A DNA stretch of 64,000 nt from Macrostomum hystrix (lineage: Eukaryota; Animalia; Platyhelminthes): contig CATNEN010000039.1 in the NCBI GenBank assembly GCA_950097015.1, positions 15,066,001 through 15,130,000 on the forward strand. Reading direction: 5' to 3'. Of this stretch, positions 12,972 to 26,400 are shown piece by piece. Within the stretch, counting starts at the first letter, position 1; each line of letters begins with the position of its first letter. The notes under the pieces are model-generated. The model searched no databases. It was not told the DNA's origin and saw only the letters and a list, made by a program, of their open reading frames with translations. A program made the translations under genes and the position numbers.

Positions 12972-13937
12972 GTGTTTAATGATTGGGATTTCCCGTGTAA
13001 AATTCTGGGGATTTCCCGTTTTAAATGCTTGGGATTTCCCGTTTTAAATGCTTGGGATTTCCCGTGTTTAATGATTGGGATTTCCCGTGTTTAATGATTG
13101 GGAATTCGTGGGTTTAATGATTGGGATTTCGCGAGTTTAATGCTAGGGATTTCCCGTGTTTAATGATTGGGATTTCGCGAGTTTAATGCTAGGGATTTCC
13201 TATGTTTAATGCTTGGGATTTCCCGTTTTAAATGCTAGGGATTTCCCGTGTTTAATAATTGGGATTTCGCGAGTTTAATGCTAGGGATTTCCCGTGTTTA
13301 ATGATTGGGATTTCGCGAGTTTAATGCTAGGGATTTCCTGTGTTTAATGCTTGGGATTTCGCGAGTTTAATGCTAGGGATTTCCTGTGTTTAATGCTTGG
13401 GATTTCCCGTTTTAAATGCTTGGGATTTCCCGTGTTTAATGCTTGGGATTTCCCGTGTTTAATGATTGGGATTTCGCGAGTTTAATGCTAGGGATTTCCT
13501 GTGTTAAATGCTTGGGATTTCCCGTGTTTAATGCTTGGGATTTCCCGTGTCTAATGATTGGGATTTCGCGAGTTTAATGCTTGGGATTTCCCGTTTCAAA
13601 TGCTTGGGATTTCCCGTGTTTAATGCTTGGGATTTCCCGTGTTTAATGATTGGGATTTCGCGAGTTTAATGCTAGGGATTTCCTGTGTTAAATGCTTGGG
13701 ATTTCCCGTGTTTAATACTTGGGATTTCCCGTGTTTAATGATTGGGATTTCGCGAGTTTAATGCTAGGGATTTCCCGTGTTTAATGCTAGGGATTTCCTG
13801 TGTTAAATGCTTGGGATTTCCCGTGTTTAATGATTGGGATTTCGTGTGTTTAATGAATGGGATTTCGTGTGTTTAATGAATGGGATTTCGTGTGTTTAAT
13901 GATTGGGATTTCGTGTGTTTAACGACTGGGATTTCGC
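12972..13937. repeat. 23-bp minisatellite (GTGTTTAATGATTGGGATTTCCC)
   Basis: Tandem periodicity read directly. Confidence 0.95.
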
Positions 13938-14558
13938 TAGTTAATTGAATGGGACATCTAGTTTTCGATTGTTTTAATTTCGTTGTACTTAGTGATTTGG
14001 ATTCAATTGTGTTTAAAGATTCAAAGTGTATTGATTTATTAATAAAGTATGTTCTGGAACTGCAAAGAAGTAATAGTGTATGTCCAGAGTCGCTATGATA
14101 TTTTTTATAGGTTTTTCTACTTGCATAATCTATATTTATTAGAGTTTGTAGACCAATTCACTTACGAGGCATATGGAATTAGATGACACAGATCAGTGTG
14201 TCAGAGTGAATGGATTAGGCGCAAATGTAGCACATGTTATTTCTGTACTAGCTAATGGATTGCTAGTTAATCCACTGTCTCCAGGACCAGCTCAGTGTGT
14301 AGCTAGCTCTCTTAAAGCCAAAAAATTTTTTTTAAGCATAGATGAGTCTTGATATAGAAAGTACATTCGTGTTCTAATATTTCAAACCTTGAGCGGTTTT
14401 AAACAAATATTTAAGCCTAGGTTTCCAAGAAACATGCTAGATTAAGGATTTTCTGGGTTCCAGGTAATACTGAGGTTCAGTTCCATCGACAACGATGATC
14501 TAGTTAGGCTTCTAACGTATTTCGATCCGAGCTCGAAAAATTGCTCCAAACAGCAATA

Positions 14559-15223
14559 GGAACAGTGGTATTTTAATAGACACTGAAGGAACAGTGGTAT
14601 TATGGTAGAGACACTGAAGGAGCAGTGGTATTTTGGTAGAGACACTAAAGGAACAGTGGTATTTTGGTAGAGACACTGAAAGAACAGTGGTATTTTGGTA
14701 GAGACACTGAAGGAACAGTGGTATTTTGGTAGAGACACTGAAGGAACAGTGGTATTTTGGTAGAGACACTGAAGGAGCAGTGGTATTTTGGTAGAGACAC
14801 TGAAGGAACAGTGGTATTTTGGTAGAGACACTGAAGGAACAGTGGTATTTTGGTAGAGACACTGAAGGAACAGTGGTATTTTAGTAGAGACACTGAAGGA
14901 ACAGTGGTATTTTAGTAGAGACACTGAAGGAACAGTGGTATTTTGGTAGAGACACTGAAGGAACAGTGGTATTTTGGTAGAGACACTGAAGGAACAGTGG
15001 TATTTTGGTAGAGACACTGAAGGAACGGTGGTATTTTAGTAGACACTGAAGGAACAGTGGTATTTTGGTAGAGACACTGAAGGAACGGTGGTATTTTAGT
15101 AGACACTGAAGGAACAGTGGTATTTTGGTAGAGACACTGAAGGAACGGTGGTATTTTAGTAGACACTGAAGGAACGGTGGTATTTTAGTAGACACTGAAG
15201 GAACAGTGGTATTTTGGTAGAGA
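14559..15223. repeat. 31-bp minisatellite (GAGACACTGAAGGAACAGTGGTATTTTGGTA), block 1
   Basis: Tandem periodicity read directly. Confidence 0.95.
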
Positions 15224-15567
15224 AGCTGCATCCTAAGTTGGATTTCAATATCGCGGACTGCATCGTCTTTCATTCGATCGGGGACTAATTCTAAAATCAG
15301 GCTCGTTATTTTGCCAGGCAGCCGGTTGGACACCTAATATACAGTTTCGGATGCATCGAGTCATGCTGGATGTCATCCTAAAGTCCAGCTCCAACTTCAA
15401 TCACGGATCTGTCAACTGCCAAAACCACATGTACAGGTACAACAGATTCATCTAGTTCTAATGGCGGTTTCAACGCGCCTGTCTCAATTGGTCCAAATGA
15501 TGGCTGTGTACAGCTGTTGAGTCCATGGACTAAGATATGACCACCTTCCATTAACCTAGTTGATACT

Positions 15568-15880
15568 GGTACCTATTCAACAGCTGGATTAACTGAAGCA
15601 ATATAGAAGTGTCTTGCTACAGGACACGAATTGGTCGAGTAGAGTCGGAAATTTCAATGCTTACGTCTAGGTTAAAACACTCAATTTTTTTATATAAAAC
15701 ATTTACCCACAAGGGCCCTGGGCAATGGCTTATCATTTGGTGACACTGGACCCGCAGCGAGCGAGGATTCTACCCATTTTGCTGACTTCTGAGCACACGC
15801 ACACGGATACCGTATGCAGGAATCGAGCTCAGGGACCTTGGCTCAAGAGGCAAACGCGTTAACCGTTCAGCTACTCACTC
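15568..15880 (-). mobile_element. tRNA-derived SINE fragments, including a CORE-like domain
   Basis: The minus strand at ~15880-15815 has an A-box-like TAGCTGAACGG and a B-box-like GCTCGATTCC. The minus strand at 15627-15568 reads GTGTCCTGTAGCAAGACACTT..TGCTTCAGTTAATCCAGCTGTTGAATAGGTACC, which resembles the CORE-SINE central domain. Confidence 0.55.
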
Positions 15881-16389
15881 GAGAATAAATTTCGTCATTT
15901 TTATCCTGATTGAAGTGCAGTAGAAAATGCCCGGCAGCAACAAAAATATTGGCCCAATGATTCCTGATTGGCTGTTGATGCTGCTTCGCTCAACATTTGA
16001 GGATTTGAGAAGTAGCTATTGTGCGGGTCAGTTTTGCTTGGTCTGTGTGTTAAAGCTTGAAGATTTTCAACCGACTGAAGCCACTTGGCTGTAATAATGT
16101 TTGCCAAAGTGTTTAGCTTCAAAGCTGAAATTTTCTCTGGTTTGTTTGTTCATCAATTTTTTATGAAGACCTTGGAGACTAGCAGCTATGACTTGCGCCA
16201 TTTGGGGAAGACCTTTTCGCAACTTCCGGATTGTTTTTAAATCAGCAACTCAACCGTTTATGAGCGGAGGTCACGCGAATCATAAAGCTCACAGACCTAG
16301 GCAAAAAATTTGCAATGTCAAAGATTTTGTTTGCCTTGGACAGCTTAGACAGTGGAATATGACAGAAAATGCTGGGTTAGGAGTATGGA

Positions 16390-17658
16390 AGACACTGAAG
16401 CAACAGTGGTATTTTAGTAGAGGCACTGAAGGAACAGTGGTATTTTGGTAGAGACACTGAAGGAACAGTGGTATTTTGGTAGAGACACTGAAGGAACAGT
16501 GGTATTTTATTAGAAACTGAAGGAACAGTGGTATTTTGGTAGAGACACTGAAGGAACAGTGGTATTTTGGTAGAGACACTGAAGGAACAGTATGGTAGAG
16601 GCACTGAAGGAACAGTGGTATTTTGGTAGAGACACTGAAGGAACAGTGGTATTTTATTAAACACTGTAGGAACAGTGGTATTATGGTAGAGACACTGAAG
16701 GAACAGTGGTATTATGGTAGAGGAACTGAAGGAACAGTGGTATTTTGGTAGAGACACTGAAGGAACAGTGGTATTTTGGTAGAGACACTGAAGGAACAGT
16801 GGTATTATGGTAGAGACACTGAAGGAACAGTGGTATTTTGGTAGAGACACTGAAGGAACAGTGGTATTTTGGTAGAGACACTGTAGGAACAGTGGTATTT
16901 TGGTAGAGACACTGAAGGAACAGTGGTATTATGGTAGAGACACTGAAGGAACAGTGGTATTTTGGTAGAGACACTGAAGGAACAGTGGTATTATGGTAGA
17001 GACACTGAAGGAACAGTGGTATTTTGGTAGAGACACTGAAGGAACAGTGGTATTTTGGTAGAGACACTGAAGGAACAGTGGTATTATGGTAGAGACACTG
17101 AAGGAACAGTGGTATTTTAGTAGAGACACTGAAGGAACAGTGGTATTTTAGTAGAGACACTGAAGGAACAGTGGTATTTTGGTAGAGACACTGTAGGAAC
17201 AGTGGTATTTTGGTAGAGACACTGAAAGAACAGTGGTATTATGGTAGAGACACTGAAGGAACAGTGGTATTATGGTAGAGACACTGAAGGAACAGTGGTA
17301 TTATGGTAGAGACACTGAAGGAACAGTGGTATTATGGTAGAGACACTGAAGGAACAGTGGTATTATGGTAGAGACACTGAAGGAACAGTGGTATTATGGT
17401 AGAGACACTGAAGGAACAGTGGTATTATGGTAGAGACACTGAAGGAACAGTGGTATTATGGTAGAGACACTGAAGGAACAGTGGTATTATGGTAGAGACA
17501 CTGAAGGAACAGTGGTATTATGGTAGAGACACTTAAGGAACAGTGGTATTATGGTAGAGACACTGAAGGAACAGTGGTATTATGGTAGAGACACTGAAGG
17601 AACAGTGGTATTATGGTAGAGACACTGAAGGAACAGTGGTATTATGGTAGAGACACTG
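16390..17658. repeat. 31-bp minisatellite, block 2 of the same family
   Basis: Tandem periodicity read directly. Confidence 0.95.
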
Positions 17659-18388
17659 GTATCCGCAATGGAAGACTCTATAACTAGAGACAATGGTAGA
17701 GAGTTGAATTGGGTCTCCAGTGACGTGTCGAAAAACTATCATTGTGCAAGTTGCAAACTACCTTATATAACGCAAAAAATCGACCCTTCGTGAAACCGAA
17801 TCCTTGGTAAAAATCTAGCTACAGTTGGGTGATTTTGACCTGTCTAGCTTTGTACTCTCAGTGGGGTTTCAGCAATGACTGTGAGACAGTCCAAGCTACT
17901 CTCTTCCTTCTCATCCTTCACTCAGACTGTCTACCCATTTCCCCACTCACTTTCGCTTCAATACCCAACGGCCTAGGCCTGGGCAGATTTCAGATTGGAG
18001 AAGAAAAATCTCATTCGACGCGCGCGTCTCACAATCTGTCCCCCATTTTTACCGACCGTGCGAGCACTTTAAACGACAGAAATCTAGCCGACTCCGCTGT
18101 TACAGCCAGGCCAATCCAACAAATTGTGTTAGCAACAAACAAATTAGTCTAGATTAGGAATTCGAGCTAATTGTGAATCCAGCTGAATCTTACTAGAGAA
18201 AGTCAATCACCAAAGGGGACGTCGAACTGTCTCATCTAGAGTAGAATATTATTAGCAGATGGGATTGAAGACCGATTGGGCACACTCCGATTAGGTCCCG
18301 CTTCACAGCTTCCAGTGAGCCACCAAAATCTACTATGAACAACTTGGAAAAACTTTAATCAACTCTTCCCTTGAATAGATTGACGCCA

Positions 18389-19237
18389 TGAAGAACCAAG
18401 GATGGCAGCAGCTAATGAATTGAAGGACCAAGGATGGTAGCAGTTAACGAATTGAAGGACCAAGGATGGTAGCAGTTAACGAATTGAAGGACCAAGGATG
18501 GTAGCAGTTAACGAATTGAAGAACCAAGGATGGTAGCAGTTAACGAATTGAAGGACCAAGGATGGTAGCAGTTAACGAATTGAAGAACCAAGGACAGTAG
18601 CAATTAACGAATTGAAGAACCAAGGATGGTAGCAGTTAACGAATTGAAGGACCAAGGATGGTAGCAGTTAACGAATTGAAGGACCAAAGATAGTAGCAGT
18701 TAACGAATTGAAGGACCAAAGATAGTAGCAGTTAACGAATTGAAGGACCAAGGATGGTAGCAGTTAATGAATTGAAGGACCAAGGATGGTAGCAGTTAAC
18801 GAACTGAAGGACCAAGGATGGTAGCAGTTAACGAATTGAAGGACCAAGGATAGTAGCAGTTAACGAATTGAAGGACCAAGGATAGTGGCAGTTAACGAAT
18901 TGAAGAACCAAGGATAGTGGCAGTTAACGAACTGAAGAACCAAGGATGGTAGCAGTTAATGAATTGAAGGACCAAGGATGGTAGCAGTTAACGAATTGAA
19001 GAACCAAGGATGGTAGCAGTTAACGAATTGAAGAACCAAGGATGGTAGCAGTTAACGAATTGAAGAACCAAGGATGGTAGCAGTTAACGAATTGAAGAAC
19101 CAAGGATGGTAGCAGTTAACGAACTGAAGGACCAAGGATGGTAGCAGTTAACGAATTGAAGAACCAAGGGTTGTAGCAGTTAATGAATTGAAGAACCTAG
19201 GATGGTAGCAGTTAACGAATTGAAGGACCAAGGATGG
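18389..19237. repeat. 32-bp minisatellite (GAATTGAAGGACCAAGGATGGTAGCAGTTAAC)
   Basis: Tandem periodicity read directly. Confidence 0.95.
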
Positions 19238-20089
19238 ACCCAGGAAGGACCTAGGCAGGACAAACTGACACTATGATTACACCAATAATGCAAAAATCCC
19301 TCGATTCGATTCGATCCAGCCTGTAAATTAGAAGCTTCATCATTGCTAGCTCTCTCGCCAAAGATAATTATTAAATATTCCAGCCTCTGAGACACATTCT
19401 CCCATCCTTAAAGACGGTAGTCCCTCTGTAGCTGTCTGTCTGTCTGTCCGTCTGTCCGTCTCCTTTTGTCTATTTTTTTACCGAGCTCTCATTAGCAATT
19501 CCGCTAACATTCTATTAGCTATAACGACAGTCCCTAGGCTGCATAATGAATTACCCGTTGCAGTCCGTAAGTTTAATCGAAGGAAATTATAACAAATAAT
19601 AATTTAGAATCAGTCGGCTTGACTTACTCGTCCGCACGGAGCGAGTTTTCAACAGTTAATTAAATCACGGAAAAGCTGCCGAGCAGGATTTAGATCGGGA
19701 GATCTATCAGGATATAGAGGGACGAAGCGTCCAAGATGACGTTAACATCTGGAGCTTTGGATTAAAGATTAATAAGCATTCGGATGCTCAGAAAGGGGGA
19801 ATAATTCAAGAAAAAAAAGCGCGTTGAAGAAATATTGCTCAGATGTTGAATTATTTCAGCTGGTAACTCGTATTTGTTTGTTAGGATTTTTCTGAGATGA
19901 GTTTTAGCGTTGATGAAGGAAATTCACGAGTTTAATTAATTTTCTTAACTTCTTAAACCAACCAGCTGATCTATTTCGAAGTTCTCTAAGAAAAACTGAA
20001 TGTGAGAGCTATATTAGACAAATATGACTTGCGAGGTGTGGGGAAATTGAATGGGACAAAAAAGTAGGATCTGCAAGGCAAATTATTTT

Positions 20090-20900
20090 GTGGGATTAAA
20101 GTGGGATCGAAAGTATATGAACTTGTGGGATAAAAGTGGGATCTACAAGGTAGATGAAGTTGTGGGATAAATGTGGGATCGAAAGTATATGAACTAGTGG
20201 GAATAAAGTGGGATCTAAAGTAGATGAATTTATGGGATAAAAGTGGGATCTGCAAGGCAGATGAATTTATGGGATAAAAGTGGGATCTGCAAGGCAGATG
20301 AATTTATGGGATAAAAGTGGGATCTGCAAGGCAGATGAATTTATGGGATAAAAGTGGGATCTAAAGTAGATGAACTTGTGGGATAAAAGTGGGATCTACA
20401 AGGTAGATGAACTTGTGGGATAAAAGTGGGATCTAAAGTAGATGAACTTGTGGGATAAAAGTGGGATCTACAAGGTAGATGAAGTTGTGGGATAAAAGTG
20501 GGATCGAAAGTATATGAACTAGTGGGAATAAAGTGGGATCTAAAGTAGATGAATTTATGGGATAAAAGTGGGATCTGCAAGGCAGATGAATTTATGGGAT
20601 AAAAGTGGGATCTGCAAGGCAGATGAATTTATGGGATAAAAGTGGGATCTGCAAGGCAGATGAATTTATGGGATAAAAGTGGGATCTAAAGTAGATGAAC
20701 TTGTGGGATAAAAGTGGGATCTACAAGGTAGATGAACTTGTGGGATAAAAGTGGGATCTAAAGTAGATGAACTTTTGGGATTAAAGTGGGATTTAAAGTA
20801 GATGGACTTGTGGGATAAAAGTTGGATCTAAAGTAGATGAACTTGTAGGATAAAAGTGGGATCTGAACGGTAGATAAATTTGTGGGATAAAAGTGGATCT
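20090..20900. repeat. 35/37-bp minisatellite (TGGGATAAAAGTGGGATCTAAAGTAGATGAACTTG)
   Basis: Tandem periodicity with a higher-order block duplication. Confidence 0.93.
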
Positions 20901-21488
20901 GAAAAAGTAGAAATTTTGTCATTCCTTTTTTAGCCAAATCTTTTTGCCAGTGAAGCCACTTTTATTTTCCTTTCGTTCAAACATTTTCCCCTTAAAAAAA
21001 TCCCAATTTTCGCACGCCTTTCCAAACAATTTTTTCGGTTCTCCTCAGTTAATGAACGCCACATCCGCGAAGTCCGCAGTGCGCCATTCGCCCCGCCAAT
21101 TGCATCAACGGATGGGGCCGGAAGGTCCACACGAAGATGGCCATTCAGATAGAATCAGCTGTGATCAGGACTAGCGGCTGTTTTGCAATTGAATTCTCAT
21201 TCTGTTGCCAAAACAGACGGAATACTTGGAAAAATGCATGACAGTGCAGTTATCAGTGCACGATCAGCAGACTAAAAGTTGCTTGCATTTTTCTGTTCCT
21301 CTTTTTCCCCCAAGGGATTGTGGAAGAGAGTGGGTTGGAAGGAATGTACCGCGTCAGGGATCGAAACAAGAAAATAGGCTCTATGAATTACAGTGGAGCA
21401 AGCATAAGCTGGTAATTATAATAATAATAATAATAATGACTCGAAACATATAGAAATAAAGTTGAAATTTCAAAATTAATAGACTAGT

Positions 21489-22825
21489 TCCATAAGGAAT
21501 CCACATTCCATAAGGAATCCACATTCCATAAGGAATCCACATTCCATAAGGAATCCACATTTCGTAAGAAATCTACGAACTCCACATTCCACCAATTACA
21601 CATTCCACGAATTCCACTTTCCACCAATCACACATTCCACAAATTCCACATTCCATAATAAATTCAAATTCCATAAGAAATCTACCAGTTCCATTAGAAA
21701 TAAACGAATTCCATATTCCATGAATTCCACATTCCACTAATTCTACATTCCACGAATTCCACATTCCATAAATTCCACATTCCACCAATTACACATCCCA
21801 TAAATTCCACATTCTACCAATTACACATTCCATAAATTCCACATTCTACCAATTACACATTCCACAAATTCCACATTCCAGCAATTACACATTCCACAAA
21901 TTCCACATTCCACCAATTACACATTCCATAAATTCCACATTCCACCAATTACACATTCCATAAATTCCACATTCTACCAATTACACATTCCATAAATTCC
22001 ACATTCTACCAATTTCACATTCCACAAATTCCACATTCCACCAATTACACATTCCATAAATTCCACATTCTACCAGTTACACATTCCATAAATTCCACAT
22101 TCTACCAATTACACATTCCACCAATTACACATTCCACGAATTCCACATTCTACCAATTACACATTCCACGAATTACACATTCCACGAATTCCACATTCTA
22201 CCAATTACACATTCCACGAATTCCACATTCTACCAATTACACATTCCATAAATTCCACATTCTACCAGTTACACATTCCACCAATTCCACATTCCACCAA
22301 TTACACATTCCACCAATTACACATTCCACGAATTCCACATTCTACCAATTACACATTCCACGAATTCCACATTCCACCAATTACACATTCCATAAATTCC
22401 ACATTCTACCAGTTACACATTCCATAAATTCCACATTCTACCAATTACACATTCCACCAATTACACATTCCACGAATTCCACATTCTACCAATTACACAT
22501 TCCACGAATTACACATTCCACGAATTCCACATTCTACCAATTACACATTCCACGAATTCCACATTCTACCAATTACACATTCCATAAATTCCACATTCTA
22601 CCAGTTACACATTCCACCAATTCCACATTCCACCAATTACACATTCCACCAATTACACATTCCACGAATTCCACATTCTACCAATTACACATTCCACGAA
22701 TTCCACATTCTACCAATTACACATTCCACCAATTACACATTCCACGAATTCCACATTCTACCAATTACACATTCCACGAATTCCACATTCCACCAATTAC
22801 ACATTCCACGAATTCCACATTCCAC
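21489..22825. repeat. 16/32-bp minisatellite (CACATTCCATAAATTC / CACATTCTACCAATTA)
   Basis: Tandem periodicity read directly. Confidence 0.93.
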
Positions 22826-23410
22826 AGCACTAATTTTATATGCCTTTTAATTGCTTACAAGTTAATCAGTGTTAACGACAGCAAGGCTCACTTCTGTAAT
22901 ATTAGTACTAGAGTAAGGCTAATTAATATAGTCATAGCATCACAATATTCCGTAGAAAATGAGTACATAAGATATGGCAAAGGTTTAGCTTTCAGCATTT
23001 AAGCTAGTTTTCACACTGAGTCGAAAGTTTCTCCGCTGGCATTGTTTTGCATAGTTTTTTTTATTCATTTCTAACCCACCTTCCGTTTCTCGCCCTATCC
23101 CTCTCACAGCCCCCAGCTGGTGTTGGGCGTTAAAGAATCGCTATTTTTAAAAATGTCCAGCCCAGTAGAAACCCAATTAATCGGTTAGCAACTACAAGAC
23201 AGAGAAAAGAGAGACAGAGACAGAGACAGTGAGAACGATGAGAGCTATAGACTCAAGTTCATCAGCAATATAATGAAAAAATATAGTAGTTAAGAACTGA
23301 GTCAGCCCTTTATCTTCGGCTAGAAATTGTAGCTGAATTTGTATATATATATATACAGATTTAGTAACTAAGGCGGTTAGTTTTACAGTCTCCGACTGGA
23401 TAATGCAATC

Positions 23411-26400
23411 ATGGTAAGTTACGTCTCGTGCTTTTCAAATCTTTCTTTTAAGTCGTATCTGTCTTTTTTAGAGTTTCAGCTCGCACGAAGTTTATTATGC
23501 TAATTGTGTAAGAAATTCGAGGTTGCGTGGAAATAAAGTTTAAAATAATAATTTGAAAAGCTAACTAATTCTACTCATGAATATTTATACTTACCAAGAT
23601 AGAAATCAAATTGCGGTATTTCGGCAAATCGAGAGTGCTTAAGAATTAATAACTCTTTTATAACCACCTCGGTGCTTTGGATTCATCATTCCAAAACTAC
23701 CATCAAATAATAATTTCAGTCTGAGCAAACTCACAACGATCAACGAATTGATGAATCAGCTCGGACTCAAATCGGAGACAACATTCACCAGGGAAACTCA
23801 GGAAAAAATCCCGATGAGAATCCTGTGGGAAATTCAAAGGAGAATCCCGAGGGGAATCCCGAGGTAAATTCCGAGGAGAATACCGAGGGGAATCCCAAAG
23901 GAAACCCTAAGGAGAATCCCGAGGGGAATCCCGAGGTAAATTCCGAGGAGAATACCGAGGGGAATCCCAAAGGAAACCCTAAGGAGAATCCCGAGGGGAA
24001 TCCCGAGGTAAATTCCGAGGAGAATACCGAGGGGAATCCCAAAGGAAACCCTAAGGAGAATCCCGAAGGGAATCCCGAGGTAAATTCCGAGGAGAATACC
24101 GAGGGGAATCCCAAAGGAAACCCTAAGGAGAATCCCGAGGAGATTTCCGAAGCGGATTCCGTTGAGAAAATACTGAGAATCTCCACTGTAAATTCTACGT
24201 CAGAAAACTCAGTGGAGAGTAGAGAAGAACAAACCGAGGATATTTCCACAGAAGCTTCTAAAATCAGTGCCAAGGAAAACTCAGAGATCAAGCCAAACGA
24301 AGACTCTGAAGAAGAGGAGGCAGAACACACCGAAGAAGCTGTCAATAAAGATGAAGTCGAGGAAGTCAACAATGACGCTGAGGAATTCCCGCCGATACGC
24401 ACGCCGCCGCAGCTCCGAGTGTATCGCAGGGTGCCGGGTTTTCGCTATCGGGTGAGCGAGCCACGCAGAAGACTTTGAAACAAAGTCGAAAATATTTGAA
24501 CATATTTTTAAAATATTTTTTCGTCTTTTTCCACCCCACAGATGCCGGCCATGCAAAGATGGAAGCGGATCGCTCACTCAATCATTATCTGGCTGCGACT
24601 GTACCACTTTCACTCGTCACAGTGAGCTCTCATTCGCACAACTTTGCTTGCTCTGAATCTTCCTCTTTTTCTCTTCCATTTTCTCACCCGTTCTCTCTCA
24701 TCATTCTCTTTTCTTTAAAGAGGTTCTTGACACATTTGTATTTACAAAAAAAACTGTGATTGTATTGAGAATAGCTTTCTCCTAGAATTTCCCATCCTTT
24801 CTTATCCCCTCGCAGAGTTAGAGAGATTTTGCGTTTCTTCTCCGACTCTGACCTTCTGATGGACGCCTTGGAGGAATCCAACTTTGAGGAGCTTGTGTTC
24901 TCAGTGCACAGCTTCAAGCCCAACAAACAGGTGAGAAGGGGTTTATTAATTTGCTTTCGCAATCTTCTATAGCTGCTGGGGCGTCAAGACCTGTAAAGTT
25001 TTGCAGATTTCTGGTGTAGTTTGCAGATTTCTGGTGCAGCTGGCAGATTTCTTATCTACTCGTAGTTTGCAGATTTCTTATCTACTCGTAGTTTGCAGAT
25101 TTCTGGTGTAGTTTGCAGATTTCTGGTGTAGTTTGCAGATTTCTGGTGTAGTTTGCAGATATCTGTGTAATTTGCAGATTTCTGGTGTAGTTTGCAGATT
25201 TTGCGTAGTTTGCAGATTTTTTGTGTAATTTGCAGATTTCTGGTGTAGTTTGCAGATTTCTGGTGTAGTTTGCAGATTTCTGGTGTAGTTTGCAGATTTC
25301 TCGTGTAATTTGCAGATTTCTGGTGTAGTTTGCAGATTTCTGGTGTAGTTTGCAGATTTTTTGTGCAGTTTGCAGATTTCTGTGTAATTTGCAGATTTCT
25401 TATCTACTCGTAATTTGCAGATTTTTTGTGTAGTTTGCAGATTTTGCGTAGTTTGCAGATTTTTTGTCTAATTTGCAGATTTCTGGTGTAGTTTGCAGAT
25501 TTCTGGTGTAGTTTGCAGATTTCTCGTGTAATTTGCAGATTTCTGGTGTAGTTTGCAGATTTCTGGTGCAGCTGGCAGATTTCTTATCTACTCGTAGTTT
25601 GCAGATTTCTTATCTACTCGTAGTTTGCAGATTTCTGGTGTAGTTTGCAGATTTGTGGTGTAGTTTGCAGATTTCTCGTGTAATTTGCAGATTTCTGGTG
25701 TAGTTTGCAGATTTCTGGTGTAGTTTGCAGATTTTTTGTGCAGTTTGCAGATTTCTGTGTAATTTGCAGATTTCTGTGTAATTTGCAGATTTCTGTGTAA
25801 TTTGCAGATTTCTGTGTAATTTGCAGATTTCTTATCTACTCGTAATTTGCAGATTTTTTGTGTAGTTTGCAGATTTTGCGTAGTTTGCAGATTTTTTGTC
25901 TAATTTGCAGATTTCTGGTGTAGTTTGCAGATTTCTGGTGTAGTTTGCAGATTTCTCGTGTAATTTGCAGATTTCTGGTGTAGTTTGCAGATTTCTGGTG
26001 TAGTTTGCAGATTTCCGGTGTAGTTTGCAGATTGCTGGTGTAGTTTGCAGATTTCTGGTGTAGTTTGCAGATTTGTGGTGTAGTTTGCAGATTTGTGGTG
26101 TAGTTTGCAGATTTCTGGTGTAGTTTGCAGATTTCTGGTGTAGTTTGCAGATTTTTGTGTAGTTTGCATATTTTGTGTAGTTTGCAGATTTTGTGTAGTT
26201 TGCAGATTTTTGTGTAGTTTGCAGATTTCTGATCTAGCTTGCAGATTCCTTTTGTAGTTTAAATATTGACAAAGTTGATAGCTTCTTGAATTTGTTATTT
26301 CTACAATTCAAGACGATGAAAAACAACTATAGTTTGATAGTAAAACAGATCGGATAAGAGATTAACCCATTGCTGCTGCTTCTGTTGCTGCAACTGAGCC

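Noticed and set aside
15815-15880. tRNA gene
   Set aside because: A/B-box-like motifs are present but I could not fold a cloverleaf, so I treated it as a SINE head. Isolated B-boxes near 39835 and 58640 were rejected likewise.
14559-19237. 31-32 bp repeats superficially like CRISPR repeats
   Set aside because: The units are head-to-tail without unique spacers, there are no cas genes and the context is eukaryotic.
19660-19830. Coding-looking stretch (NHGKAAEQDLDREIYQDIEGRSVQDD...)
   Set aside because: It is short, with no start, no consistent splice sites and no recognisable homology.
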